The position numbers and the translations under genes were made by a program. Shown piece after piece: positions 13,317 to 25,499 of a stretch of DNA of 51,845 nt. Each line of letters starts with the position of its first letter. The first letter of the stretch is position 1. The DNA comes from Bigelowiella natans CCMP2755 (taxonomy: Eukaryota; Protista; Cercozoa). Location of the stretch: positions 1-51,845 of the forward strand of contig ADNK01000750.1 of assembly GCA_000320545.1 (NCBI GenBank), read 5' to 3'. The notes beneath the pieces are model-generated. The model saw only the letters and a list, made by a program, of their open reading frames with translations. It searched no databases and was not told where the DNA came from.

Positions 13317-16251
13317 CTATATACCAACGGAGGGTTGGATCGTCGGCTTGTGCCACTGCGACGTTCCAGACGATTGATGGAAATAAAATGGCACGCCCTC
13401 ATTCGTGTACTCTAATCGCCACCCTGGTGGCAGAGTAGCAGCTTGTCCGTTATGGGTAGTAGTTGGTTCCAAGGCAACTGCCTGAGCAATAACAGCAGGC
13501 TGCTGCTTTTGTCTCATCGTCTGCTGCTGCTGTGTGTGATGCGATCTGGTTCCGTGATTAACCATGAAGCTATTCTGGCGTCTGTTGCCTCCGCGTGGAA
13601 CTCCCCCTTTGCCTTGCCTACAGCAGCAGTAATATAGTGCGCAAGCGACCGCCAATACTACGAGAACCCCGACTACAATACCTGCTATTGAGCCCCCATT
13701 GTCCTCGCCGCTGTCTCCCCCTCCCCCACCACCACCCGAGCCCACTGTAGGAGAAGGGGCTGATGGGTTAAGAGACTCAGGCACACTCACGGTGGACACG
13801 GTCGTACCGAAGAACCCTGAGAGCTGTGCAGGTGAGTAGTTGGATAGAGCGCTAGCGGTTGCCTGTGGAGACTGTCCTTGGGACATGTGGAGAAATTCAA
13901 TGCTCATGCGAACACTCGCGGCGACGTAAGTCACTGTGAACGAGTCGTCCGCGACACCGAGGAGGCTGCTCAGTGTACTTCTGTACGTGGTCTGAAGAGT
14001 TGGCGTGACTTGCGCCAATGTCAATGTCGAGAACAGGATGCTCACTCGAAATTGCTCAATCGTCGGTGCTTGGGTGGGCGCCGTTGATGTGAATACGACA
14101 GGAGATGATGATGGAGAGTATGTACCACCTGGTGTAGTGGGTTCTCTTATAGGAATGCTAGGTACAGGCGTTGGGTATGAGCTCGGAAAGTTGGTAGGAA
14201 GATTTGTAGGGAAGGGGGTGGGATCGACTGTTGGCGTATTTGGACAGGTGGGAGGACTGCCTTCGCACAAAGAGTTGGATACAGTGCCACCTGACTCGTC
14301 TCTACAAATTGCATCGAAAGGACACACTCGGTACCATCGATACACCCTCAACTGAGAGCTGTCAACACAGGCTGGCGTGCCTCCTGCATCATACTGACTT
14401 TGGCATTGCTTTCCGCTACCACACGGGGTACCTGTCACAGCTAATGCTGGGAAGAAAGTGCTATAGCCACCACTCGCCGCAGTTGTGCAATGAATTAAGC
14501 TGCAATCCGCGTATCCATTGTTGAGATTCCTTGGATATATATACCCAGCTTGTGGCGGCGACACACAATTGTCGGCTGGGGAAACACAATGCCCCTCGTA
14601 ACACATTCCAGCAGCAGATATGCTGGTGGATGTGAGATCATTGCATGTAGTTCCAGTGGCGGAGAACAAGTCCATTGGGCACTGTCCTGAACTGCCGGTA
14701 CAAAACTCATCGACATCGCAATCCGAGTGTACGGATGAGCGACAGTTAGTAGTGGAGGGGAGAAATTGCCCGCTCTGGTCACAACAGGCTTCAGTGATGG
14801 CACATTGGCAGCCTGCATTTAACGTACAAGTACTCATATCACAACATGAATCTGTATTGCCAAAGCCGACGTCACACTGTTCACTATCGTCTATAATCCC
14901 ATCTCCACATATAGGCGCTGCGTTCCACTTTGATGCCCCAGAATCATTCTCTAGGCAACTATTCCCAGTGCTCCTGTAAGTTGCACGTGTCGATCCATTT
15001 GTATAAGTTGCATCGTTGGTTCCAGCAGTGAGGAAGATATTTATATCTTGCTTAGAAACGACAGAGAACTGGGTACGTACTGTTGCTTCATTCCCTCCTG
15101 GAGACATAATTGTTGGGGAACCTTGATAATCATGACTCATACCGAAGTTGTGACCCAGCTCGTGAGCCACGGTAGTTCCCACATGAATCACAGATCCGCC
15201 CCCCACCATATTAAGATTCATGGACAACTGATTATTACACATGCCCCACGTGTAAGCGATACCAGCTGTAGAACCACTCAGATTCTCGTCCGTGAACAGC
15301 GCGTAATTGTCGATGGGATTGTTGAAAACGCTTGCGAGGGTTGCCCTATTCGAGTACGAGAAGGATCTGAAGGATGTCAATAAGCATATCGCTCCAACCT
15401 CACCTGCGGCACAAGGATTGTCGCAAGCGGACCCACCGCTGCAGCACTGAGTCTCGCAGTTCGTAGTTGTGTAAGTTAGATCGGATGGGTTGGCATTGCG
15501 GAAGCTCAACTGCCCTATTAGCCTTGGGGTCACATAGCAGTTGAAAACACCATTTTCACGGAGTCCTGAATATGTTTGTCCTCCATAGACCCCACCAACG
15601 TATGCTAGGTACACGATATTGAACACGGCGGCTGAGTGTTGCTCCGTGTCGTCGCCACGAATTGATACACGCTTGAAGTCATTAACGACCAGGATGTCTA
15701 CGAATTTTCTGTTTGTCGCGGAGCTGTCGCACTCACCGGTGTCCAGTGGATGGATTTGAGAGGTAACTTTGGATAGGATCTTGAGGCGGGAGTTGTGTAC
15801 CTGCTCTTGTTGGTCATGGTGGTAGTGATCGTGAGACGAGTTCTCTACATGATGGTGATGATGGTGATGATGGTCATGTTGCGCATCCTTTCCTAATTTC
15901 TTCTGAGGATCTTTGAGGTTTCGATGATATCCTGCCTTCTTTAAACGAAACTTTCCATCCTGATCAACTTCAAGGTTTTCATGATTCCCGCACGTTAACC
16001 TAATATATGTTCACACATTTTTTGTTGATTAAACCAAGCTGTAGAGCATTATATATTTTATCCAATCGGGTTCATCAAAGAGTATAATAAAATGAAAAAT
16101 TAAGGTAGTACGTACTCTTGTTTCGGATTGTGGTGCTTGAGGTCGAAAATAATATGCCTAGCTTCCTTTCTGTCTGCAGCACCCTCATTAACATTATGAA
16201 TCTCGAAGGTTCCCATTTTGTGTTCCAGCACGCCCATGACCACTGATAATG

Positions 16252-16295
<44 letters not shown>

Positions 16296-16966
16296 AAGAT
16301 ATGTGTGTGTGGGGGGGCGGGTAGTAGGGGCTGTGAGCCATCCCTGAATTACAGCCGAAGTAACCGTATAATTTTCAGGCTAGGGGAAATATGCAACGAG
16401 CAGAGGCTACGAAATCTTTCAGTATACAACTGATACGGCGGTAGTCGAAAAGAGTGATATGTTTCTTTCAGGTGAAGTTGAGAAATCCTTATTATTTATT
16501 TTTGAGTCTAATTTCGGTCTATTACTTCCTGAGCAGGTACTGAAATAGGCTTGGCCGATATGCTCGTTATCATGAACTACCGCAGTTCCCTGGTAAAAGC
16601 AGTCCGGCACGCCAGGTGATTCTTTCACAACCGCCCCAGTTCCATCCATATGTACTGTCTTGTAGTCTGGATGGAACATCTCCGTCGTTCGAGAGCCCTT
16701 AACATGAAACACGCTCTGAAAAGCTTCGAAGGAAAATGAAACGGTTTCCCCTTTGAGGTGTTCCGTCTGAAGTTTAACTCCTCGCCCTTGTGGCGGGGAA
16801 AGCTCAATGTACCTTGGAGCAAAGTGATGCAAAATGTAACTTAAGTTTACGAATTCCAGGGCAGAGGTATTACAGCTTACTCAAAATATGATGTCTCAGC
16901 TGTGATATCTTCCAATCGTGACGCTCCCCCCAAGTTTATTGAAAGCAGTAACGAGAGCAAGATCAT
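13317..16966 (-). CDS. ADAM-family (M12B reprolysin) metalloprotease: signal peptide, prodomain, catalytic domain, disintegrin/Cys-rich, PT-rich stalk, TM, cytoplasmic WW domain
   Basis: MILLSLLLSINLGG signal peptide (ATG 16966); prodomain ...DCFYQGTAV...YFSTCSG (16832-16525); HELGHNFGMSHD zinc motif; CGDGIIDDSEQCDVG disintegrin start; TM IAGIVVGVLVVLAVACALYYCCC; LPPGWRLEYTNEGVPFYFHQSSGTSQWHKP WW domain; last exon about 2.67 kb. Confidence 0.92.
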
Positions 16967-17910
16967 GGATGTGCCGTGAACTTTCAAATGGTGAACAACA
17001 TCATCAATTAATCATTCATTTCGGGAGTTTTTTGGAATCACCTACCTCTCGCCCTCATCGCATGCAACCGGTTCAAAGATAGGTAGGAAGTATAAATGTA
17101 CTGTGCGTTGTTAAAACTTTCTCCGAGGTTGCTGTGCGCACACTCCCTCTTCCATACAATCAATACATGTAGACTAGTAGATCTACAATTACTCGTAGGA
17201 GATAAGCACAGGACGCTACCGAAACTGTGTCGATAGTAGCCCATTTCCATAAATGCGACATTCTAATTTCGCAAATATATAACATAATCAAAGGGGATTC
17301 AACAGGTTTCTGGGCACGCGCGTTACATGATTCACTAATAATAGCAAATCATGGACCTAGGAGGATTTCAATGGATTTCCAGCAATTTCCAGTGGATTTC
17401 CAATGAATTTTGGGCTGCTACTTGTTACACTTGAGCAGCTAAGGAGGATGGATGATTTAAGGACAAATTATCTACGGATACTACTGGGACCGACATTAAG
17501 CAAAACCTGCTAAGTTTGCCAGACTAGGAGTATCTTCAAGCAAATCATGATGATATAATACGATATCAAGAGGGTTTTTCGTGGCGCTTCTCACTTTATT
17601 ATGAGTAGTTTGTATCTTATGACTTGTTGAGATTGGTTTTTAAGGGTTGAAATTGAGGGTATTTCTCCTGTTCGCGCTACTCGAAAGGATCAGAACGATC
17701 TGATTATATTAGATCGCACGCTGTTCGTTGGGGGATCATCTGTGTTTAGGTAGGTGGGAAGCGGATGAGCTGGTTTGCAAGGAATTAGAATTTACTTTAT
17801 TGTGGCTGGAAAATGAAGGATAAACTATATTTATGTAGAAAAGTTTCCTGTTCATGTAGGTGGATGGGTGTATATGTGTATGTGTGTGTGTGTGTGTGTT
17901 ACATTTGCGT

Positions 17911-17954
<44 letters not shown>

Positions 17955-18078
17955 CCCCTTCCCCGTTCCTTGTCCGCTCTAATGCGATCAAGTAGTGAAA
18001 TGTATGTGTTTGTGGTAACTGATCGAAAAAGTATTCACGCACAGATCCTGTGACTATACGCTTAAAGGAGCAGCAACC

Positions 18079-19523
18079 ATGGATGATGAAAAAGATGAAA
18101 TGACGGCCCAAATTAAGAGGCGAGTAAAGAATAATAGCTTATATCAGCAGCAGATATCGGCTTGGAGACCCCTTGTCACTCCGACTTGCATATCGTGGAT
18201 CTTCGTTGTGGTGGCCATTTTGTTCTTAACATTGGGTGCTGTAATTCTCGATCAATCCGCAAAGGTTCTGTAATCCACAACCGAAAGTGAAAAATTGTTA
18301 TTTTGCAGTTTTATTGGTTTCAACCTGATCTCTTTTTATAAACGACAATAAACAGACACTAGAACTTACTAAGCGGTACGACGATAAATGCGGAAACGAT
18401 GCAGAGTGTACCATAACTCTCAAAGTGGAAGAAGACATGAAAGGCCCTATTTTCTTCTACTACAAGCTCGTCAACTTTTATCAAAACCATCGCTCCTATG
18501 TCATGGACTACGACATACAACAACTTCAGGTTGAAATCCAAGAATATGTCAATGAAACTTTTCCTCTTAAGTCGTATTCTTGTTTTAAATTTCGAAGGGA
18601 GATGTCGATGATACAAGTTCATGCTCTGTTGAAGAGACAAAGACCAAGGACGGAAAATCAACTTATCCTTGTGGCCTTATTGCTAACAGCTTCTTCAACG
18701 GTTGTTCACAGTCTATACTTTCAGTTTATAACCTGTGATCGCTGCATTATCACTTATGATGTTTTGGTGAACCCAACAGACGTTTTTACAGTGTACCAAA
18801 ATGGCAGATTGCTCGAAGGCAACGTAAGCATTCCGTTCATCCTTTCGTCGTATTTTCTATATTTAATATCCAACCACTATAGGAATGGGATGGTAGCGAT
18901 ATTTCGTGGGAATCAGATCGCAACACAAAATTTAAAGGACCAGATGGAGGAGTAGCTGTATTAGAAGAGGTTAATCGAAATGGGACTAATGGAAATAGGC
19001 TCCCCCTTCCAGACGACCAAAATTTTCAGGTTCTAATTCACAATGACATTATTACAGGCATCAAATATGCACTTTATGTTTCTACAATATCGATGCAACC
19101 TTCATTAAGATAGTAACAATGAACACTGTAGGTTTGGTTTCGAGTTGCCGGCCTCCCTCGTTTCAACAAGTTATACCGAAAAATTGGAATGGATTTAAAG
19201 AAAGGCGATGAATTGACAATTACGATACAAAACAATTTCGATGTTAGAAAATTTAACGGGGAAAAGCACGTGTTTCTCTCTCAAGTGAGCTGGCTAGGAG
19301 GCTCGAACTTTTTCCTGGGTTCATGCTACATCATCGTCGGATCACTCTGTGCAATTTATGCGATTTTGATGTTGTCTTGGCGTGCGCACCACGCCAGACC
19401 GTTGGGGAAAATGGAATATTATGAATGGACAGGTACCATAATAGATAGCACTAACTTCATCTGTTTCTAACCGATTTTCCCTTGTCTGTAGGCCTTGGAC
19501 GGGTCGTGAATGCCAATGGTTGA
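18079..19523 (+). CDS. CDC50: CDC50/LEM3 family P4-ATPase flippase beta subunit
   Basis: QQQISAWRP, FYYKLVNFYQNHRSY, PCGLIANSFFN, ISWESDR, QVWFRVAGLPRFNKLY, SWLGGSNFFLGSCYIIVG; short GT-AG introns; stop TGA at 19521-19523. Confidence 0.95.
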
Positions 19524-19849
19524 GTTGTTGGGCTCACTCACATGCATGATGAACTATACAAAGTTTCCTTCAAAATGTTTCCTGTCCCCAATGGCAGAGA
19601 TGAAATTTTGGTCACATGAGGGACTTGAAAAGAGTCCTTTCTAGGCTACTTGTGTGGAAGAAAAGCCGCGCTTCAACAAGTAGGACGAACGCATGGGAAC
19701 ATCGCTTTGACATGCACGGAACTAGCTTGATTTCAATTCTTGACTTGTGCACATTCTTCAAAGCCATCGCTGTGCGTTTGCATGGAAGTTGTGGATGTGC
19801 GATGCAAGCAAAAAATACAGCGAAATAAACATGATAGACATGCAACATG

Positions 19850-20190
19850 ATGTACATGTATGTGTGTATACATGAGACGGATGTAATGAACAATTAAATT
19901 TTTTCAATGGTCATCCTGATGTAGCTGTGCAATGCAGCGGCTACAGCGCTAATGCGCTAATGTTGTGTCTGTTGGTTTCTACCACTACGTGCGTGCTTCA
20001 TGCACTTGAAAGCGTCCTCGTTCGACCGATGATGATGTCGCGCATTGCGCGCGACGACAGTTCTTGTTTCTTTTTCAGCTTTTGTTAGCAGCTTTGTCTC
20101 GTCATTGCGATTCATGATTGCGCTCATTTGATTGCGCAATCTGATTTGTTGTTGACTGTGTGTTGGACATTGCAGGAGGTGATCCAAGTG
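19850..20190 (-). mobile_element. LINE (non-LTR retrotransposon) 3' fragment, copy 2: end of CCHC finger, 3' UTR and microsatellite tail
   Basis: MDHLDHLLQCPTHSQQQIRLRNQMSAIMNRNDETK... is homologous to DMDHILQCRKCGPQRLRINKQLTAIMDRNDETT of the adjacent copy; shared 3' UTR; (AT/AC)-type tail near 19855-19870. Confidence 0.75.
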
Positions 20191-21465
20191 ATCCATGTGT
20201 GCATGTATGAGACGGATGCAATGAAGTGTTCAAAATTTTCCAATGGCCATCTCCAATGTAGCTGTGCAATGCAGCGGCTACAGCGCTTACAAATTGTGTC
20301 TGTTTGTTTCCTTGGTCACATGTTGCATGCATGAAAATGCATCATGATTTGGTCTAGCATGTCGTGCTTTGCGCGCAGCTTTGCGAGTTGATTTTTCTGC
20401 GGTTGTGAGGCGCGTAGTCTCATCGTTGCGATCCATGATGGCCGTCAGTTGTTTGTTGATTCTGAGTCTCTGTGGTCCACATTTTCTGCATTGGAGAATG
20501 TGGTCCATGTCTTGCAATGTGTTGCATGTGTCGCACATTGCTTCCAATTCTGTGCGTTGTCCTCTGGACAGCAAAAAAGTTCCAAGGTACCGGTTGCCAA
20601 CACCACAGATGGCGCGCATCCATGATGTGGCAATGCTTGGCAGCTTCAATGTGATTCCTGTTGTGCGAGATCCAGGCATCCAGGCATGAAACCAAGTTTC
20701 TTCAAATGCATGGCCTTTGTTCCCTCTTGGCACCAGTTTGTTTTGAAATTGGATGTAGCGATCCGCATGATCGTTTTGTTGTGTGTGTTCAATTTCCTTT
20801 TCAGTGTCTTGCTTCTGGCACATGTGTCGTGGGGTGTTCCGCTCCAAGCAATTTGGTCGTGATCAAACTGAGTCGGCGGTACAAGGACACTCTGTTCCAC
20901 GACCTAGTTGTGTCATGCTAGCATGCCATTTGTGTTCCAGTGAGGATTCAACGTGGCATCCGAAAGAGCTCCAATTGAGTACTTCTTCTTCCACCACGTG
21001 TCCGTTGCCATCATTTTTGTCCACCCATGCATTGGTTCGCAACCATGCTTTGGTGCATTGAACTTGTGTGCGACAACGTGGTGGCAACATTGCTAGATTG
21101 CCGCTAGCACATGGGGTGTGTCATTGGAAATGGATCCTGGCAATCCCAGCACTCTTTTGAGTGTTTGTGATTCCATGGAATCCAGCAGCTTTGTTTTGAG
21201 ATTTTTGCGGGACCTCCATGTGCTAGATGTGGGTGCGACATGTCTGCTTGTGGCTGTGAACCACGTGTTGCAAAACTTCATTCTTGTGTTGAATGGCATT
21301 TGTGATCGCATGGAGCACAGCCTGAGCAAGAATCTTCTCTTTTTCTGCAGCTTCAGATGTGCAACAAGGGCGTGCTTTTCGAAAGTTAATATTTCGTCAA
21401 ACCACAGTCCCAAGCATTTGCCACATTCTTTCCTTTTCATTTTTCCTTGCAGGTTGAGTGATGTG
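20190..21465 (-). mobile_element. 5'-truncated, degenerate LINE: end of RT domain, C-terminal CCHC finger and 3' UTR
   Basis: KECGKCLGLWFDEILTFEKH...RLCS...KFCNTW...RVLGLP matches the LINE RT C-terminus (YLG.xxD..LT...H) if C is read as Y; WMRAICGVG...CDTCNTLQDMDHILQCRKCG is the LINE ORF2 C-terminal zinc finger. Stops or frameshifts are present. Confidence 0.85.
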
Positions 21466-22057
21466 TTCATGTGTGTACATGCATTGATGTGTGTACACAT
21501 GTGTGCACACACACACACATCTCATGTACACAGGCCACATTGCTGTGTCCATTGCAAGTGTGGCTATGACATATATGTATGTACACAATGTGCATAGCAC
21601 ATGTTACATGTACATATATGTGCACCATCCACATTGCTCTGTGTCCATTGTTACAAACACGTGGACGCAACGTTTCTCCATCGATCCGAGTGCATGACCA
21701 CAAATGCTTACACGTACTAGCTTAGAATGGTTCCTACATTCCATTGCCATGGACAATACAACATTGTGTCTGATCATGTGCACCACGCATGCACATCACG
21801 CACTGCTGTCGTCGCGCATGCGGGGGGCGCGGATCGAAGGTGCGTTTATACGCACCGAATAAAGGCCGTCGCACATCCAAGCACACAACAGCACACATGT
21901 ACACCCTAGAGAAGAGAGAAATTGACTAGTATCTGTCCATATGTACGAACCCTCTGTGTAATTGACTTCATAGACTTAATCCATGACAGTGTCGGACGCT
22001 ACATTTAGTGCACATTCCAGTGTAACCCATGCTAGCATGCTCCTCTGACCTACTTAC

Positions 22058-22915
22058 TTAGCTATCTGCCTTAGATTCGTTTTCCATGTTAAGAGTTTTC
22101 AAATTCACAGCGTTTTTCTTCAGAAGTTCAGCTGCTTTACGTTCCTCCTCCTAAGCAAGAAAAAGCATTGATAACTCCAAAAAAAATTGTCGCTCTCGCC
22201 AAACACTATCCTCCCCCCCTCCCCTCTCTCTCTCACTTAGACGCACCACACACCACTACACACACGCACGCACACACCACACCACACATGCTCACACACA
22301 AATGAGCGCATAATACGTAAGAAAACTAGTATTATTTACATGTATCGCATATGTGCATTCAGATGCAAGGTATTGTTTTATATTTTTCGTTGCTTATTCT
22401 ACACTTCGTGCTTGTGTTCTAAGATGATGTAAATTGCCGTCTGAATCGAGTATCTAAATTGTACAGAAACTTAAAAATGTGTTTTTAATTACATCAGCAT
22501 AGACGCCCCATTCAGCATTGTCCCATCCAGAGTTGTCTTTCGTCCTGTCACCACAGTCTGGAATCTGGGCTTCCTTACAGAGAGTGCAATAGTTGATCTC
22601 TGACTTTTCGTCTCCCTCGTCTTTCTTCGAAATGAGGCTCTTTTTGTCAGGCATCTTGAAACCTTCTGTTTACAAACAGTTCAGCTTTAATGAACCCACC
22701 AAAACTTAAGAACAGCCTTGAGATAGCCTCAATATCTGCCTCATACCTATCTTCTTCTACCCTCTGTTCCCAATTCTAAGTCTGTATCGGCAGGCTATGC
22801 AGCAGGCGAAACAACTAAAGGGCAAAAGAAAAAGTTTTCGTCTCGTCACCGAATCGAGTCAAATGTCTACAAATTAGGTATAGCCTGCATACAAAGAAGA
22901 AGCGCAGTTCGTGCC
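22058..22915 (-). CDS. Small multi-exon gene of unknown function (5' exons unresolved)
   Basis: AG/GT-bounded open exons GFKMPDKKSLISKK...YCTLCKEAQIPDCGD...GWDNAEWGVYAD and EEERKAAELLKKNAVNLKTLNMENESKADS* (stop at 22058-22060). Confidence 0.4.
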
Positions 22916-23607
22916 ATTTTCGAAGAAATGCAAAAATAATATGGCTTTTTAGATGTAAGGGAGGAGAATTATGGATAATTCTGTATGCCTTTTCGCTTTG
23001 CGGCATTACTTTGTACCTTGTATTCCAACTTCCCGAATTTCCGAGAAATAAAATTGTCCTTTTATCTCAATAATTAATCGGTTTATAGAATTTTCGAGAA
23101 TATTATTCAAAAAGCCATTTTTTCGACACGAAACGGTTTTCAAAATATTTTGTTTTCTCTGTGGATTGTTACCGGTACATGTAATTGGATTCCAACCAGA
23201 TCTACTGGCAGGTGACGTAGACTGAACATTTACTCTAATTTGCAAATTCGATAAAAAAACGATGTCGCTCATAAGAATTATGTTATATTTTTTTCCATCA
23301 TCTTGAAATTTTGTCGATTCCAGCCGACGTAGAGATCTGTATCGCATTGAGGTTCATCACACGGGTAATAATAATTCCTCTCCGAGTTTTAAGCCGAAAT
23401 CCTTTATAAATGTAGCATACAATTGAAGAAACTTGTAAGAAACTTCCTCTTTTTCTAATTTTTGGTTTTAAGATATCAATAAGATGGCGGGATCTATTTT
23501 TATATGGGAAAAATAAAATTATATGGAGCAATCCGACTGCAATGATGAATTTGACACTCCCTTTTTGGTTGTGATTCATTTTGGGGTCGACAGTTGGAGA
23601 TCTGAAA

Positions 23608-24953
23608 ATGAGCCTGAGTAAGACTCAAGTGGATATTGTTGGTATTGTTGGTTCTCTCAGAACTCCCTCCCCCAGGCTCATTGTTAGTTGAAAAATTAGA
23701 ATCAACGAGCAAGCCCAAGGCGAGGCAAACCTATACTTTAATTCTAGCTGCTACATCTACGGACTCTTAGGATCATGATTCGTGCACGCGCTACTGGACC
23801 TGCGATTGCTTCTCGAAGGTCTCCGAGGAGGAGGAAAGTGTCCTCTCCCATGGAGCAGAGTACTTCCCAAGCCATCACCGTATTCAATTTGATTTCGCGT
23901 GTCAGTATTCTGAGAAAGAAAATCGACGCAAAACAATTCCGAGATATCTTCATCCGAATATTATGCGAGCGTCTTTCTCCAAGGGACTTACAAATGTAAG
24001 CATCCATTCTTTGTTCTGTGAGCATTTGCTTTGATAGATAATTATAAGAAAATCGAATATGTCTGCTGCATTTAGTATCTAAACTATGTGAAAATACATT
24101 CAAGTAAAATACGATTCCTGGTAGGGTTTTGGAGTCTCTCAATTCTCAAATTGCGGCTCCACGGGCACCCTCAAGAAGAACGAAATATCGTTCTAAAACT
24201 TCCAGGAGAAATCTGAGGACAATTAAAGGGAAAATAAAAAGTGATTCCAGGCCTGCAGCATTGAATGTCAACTGGCCGTCCCAGAAAGCTCCACGTCGAT
24301 CTCCACGGCTGTCACCCCGAACTCCAACGTTGGTTTCCGCTCTGGTCAATCTTACGAGGCAGTTTGACTTCCCCGAGGATAATAAAGAGCATGCGGAGGG
24401 TGGTAAAGAGTTCCAGGTTCCAGAAGGGAAAAAAACAATGAAAAGGCCACCGCCTCTACCGGTGCCAGTGATGTCCTTGGGGGGAAGTGATGGAAGAGCT
24501 TTTACCCTGAGACGCTCTCCTCGCTTCACCTCAAAACGTCAACAAGATGAACTTGAAAAGGAACTGAAGAAGGAAAAAGAGCTGCCACTTGCTGGAGCAG
24601 CCTGGGATGCACCAATAAAACGCCGCTTGGACTTCCCCTCTCCCATTCCCCTCAGTAAGCCTCGCGGTTTTGGGATGCCTCGGGTTGCTGTTATCCGAAA
24701 AGATAGAGGTAGCAAACGAAAGAGGAAGATGACTGCAAAATGCACAAAACTTGCAAACACCAGCGAGCCTGGCGGAAGCAGTCGTGTCGAAACTAAAGTA
24801 GAAAGTCCCACTTCTTCTTGTACGCACGAGGTTCCTACTACCGGTAATGATCTCCCGATGAGTCCAGGGAGGCAATATTTGCTGAGAAGCTTTGTTGCAC
24901 CGGTATCTCCGCTCCTTCGTGCACGAAGGGGACAACTTCCCCTTGATAGATAA
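23608..24953 (+). CDS. Basic, low-complexity, probably disordered protein with multiple SP-x-R/K and RxL motifs
   Basis: Spliced MSL|KLPPPGS...KAR|IMIRARATG...RRSPRRRK; 274-codon final ORF with RRSPRLSPRTP, RRSPRF, KRRLDF, MSPGR. The second intron needs a GC donor (gcaaac, ~23722). Confidence 0.6.
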
Positions 24954-25499
24954 ATCATTGCCTCCGCTGTTTACAGTGGACAAAAGTTATTCAATATATA
25001 ACAACTTCCAGTACGCTGCTTTGACGGACTTTATTAATCTTGTGTAGTTTGAATCACTTCTTTTTCCTCCCGAAACATTTGTTGTGTTGTACTTCCAACA
25101 TTTATTTTTTCCTGCTGATACCACCCCCAGAGATTTTGAACGAAACTAATCCTATCTCGGTTACTCTCGGGAGATATTTTGTCATTAAGTAGCATTTGAT
25201 TTTAGTTTTTAATATTCGGAGAGTAATTAAGTTCCCTCTTCATTGAAGTTAAAGTTCGCATAGAAAAGAAAAATATACAGTTTGCATGCTCTGAAAAAGA
25301 GCATTGTATGGGGCTCATTGTATTTTTTGCCCAAAGTGTCACAGACACGATTTTAAGGTATTTCTTAAATTTTGTACACAGTTTACTATCTTGATCTATC
25401 AATTTACTGGTTTCATCAGCAGCAACAATTTGGATCGATGGTGGAAGTTTAGACGCATGAGTGTCATCATGCTCTTGTTACAGCAGCATCGATCATGGT

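Noticed and set aside
13443-15383. Plus-strand ORFs overlapping the ADAM gene, and ORFs antisense to 24129-24953
   Set aside because: Antisense shadows of long real exons with no recognisable motifs.
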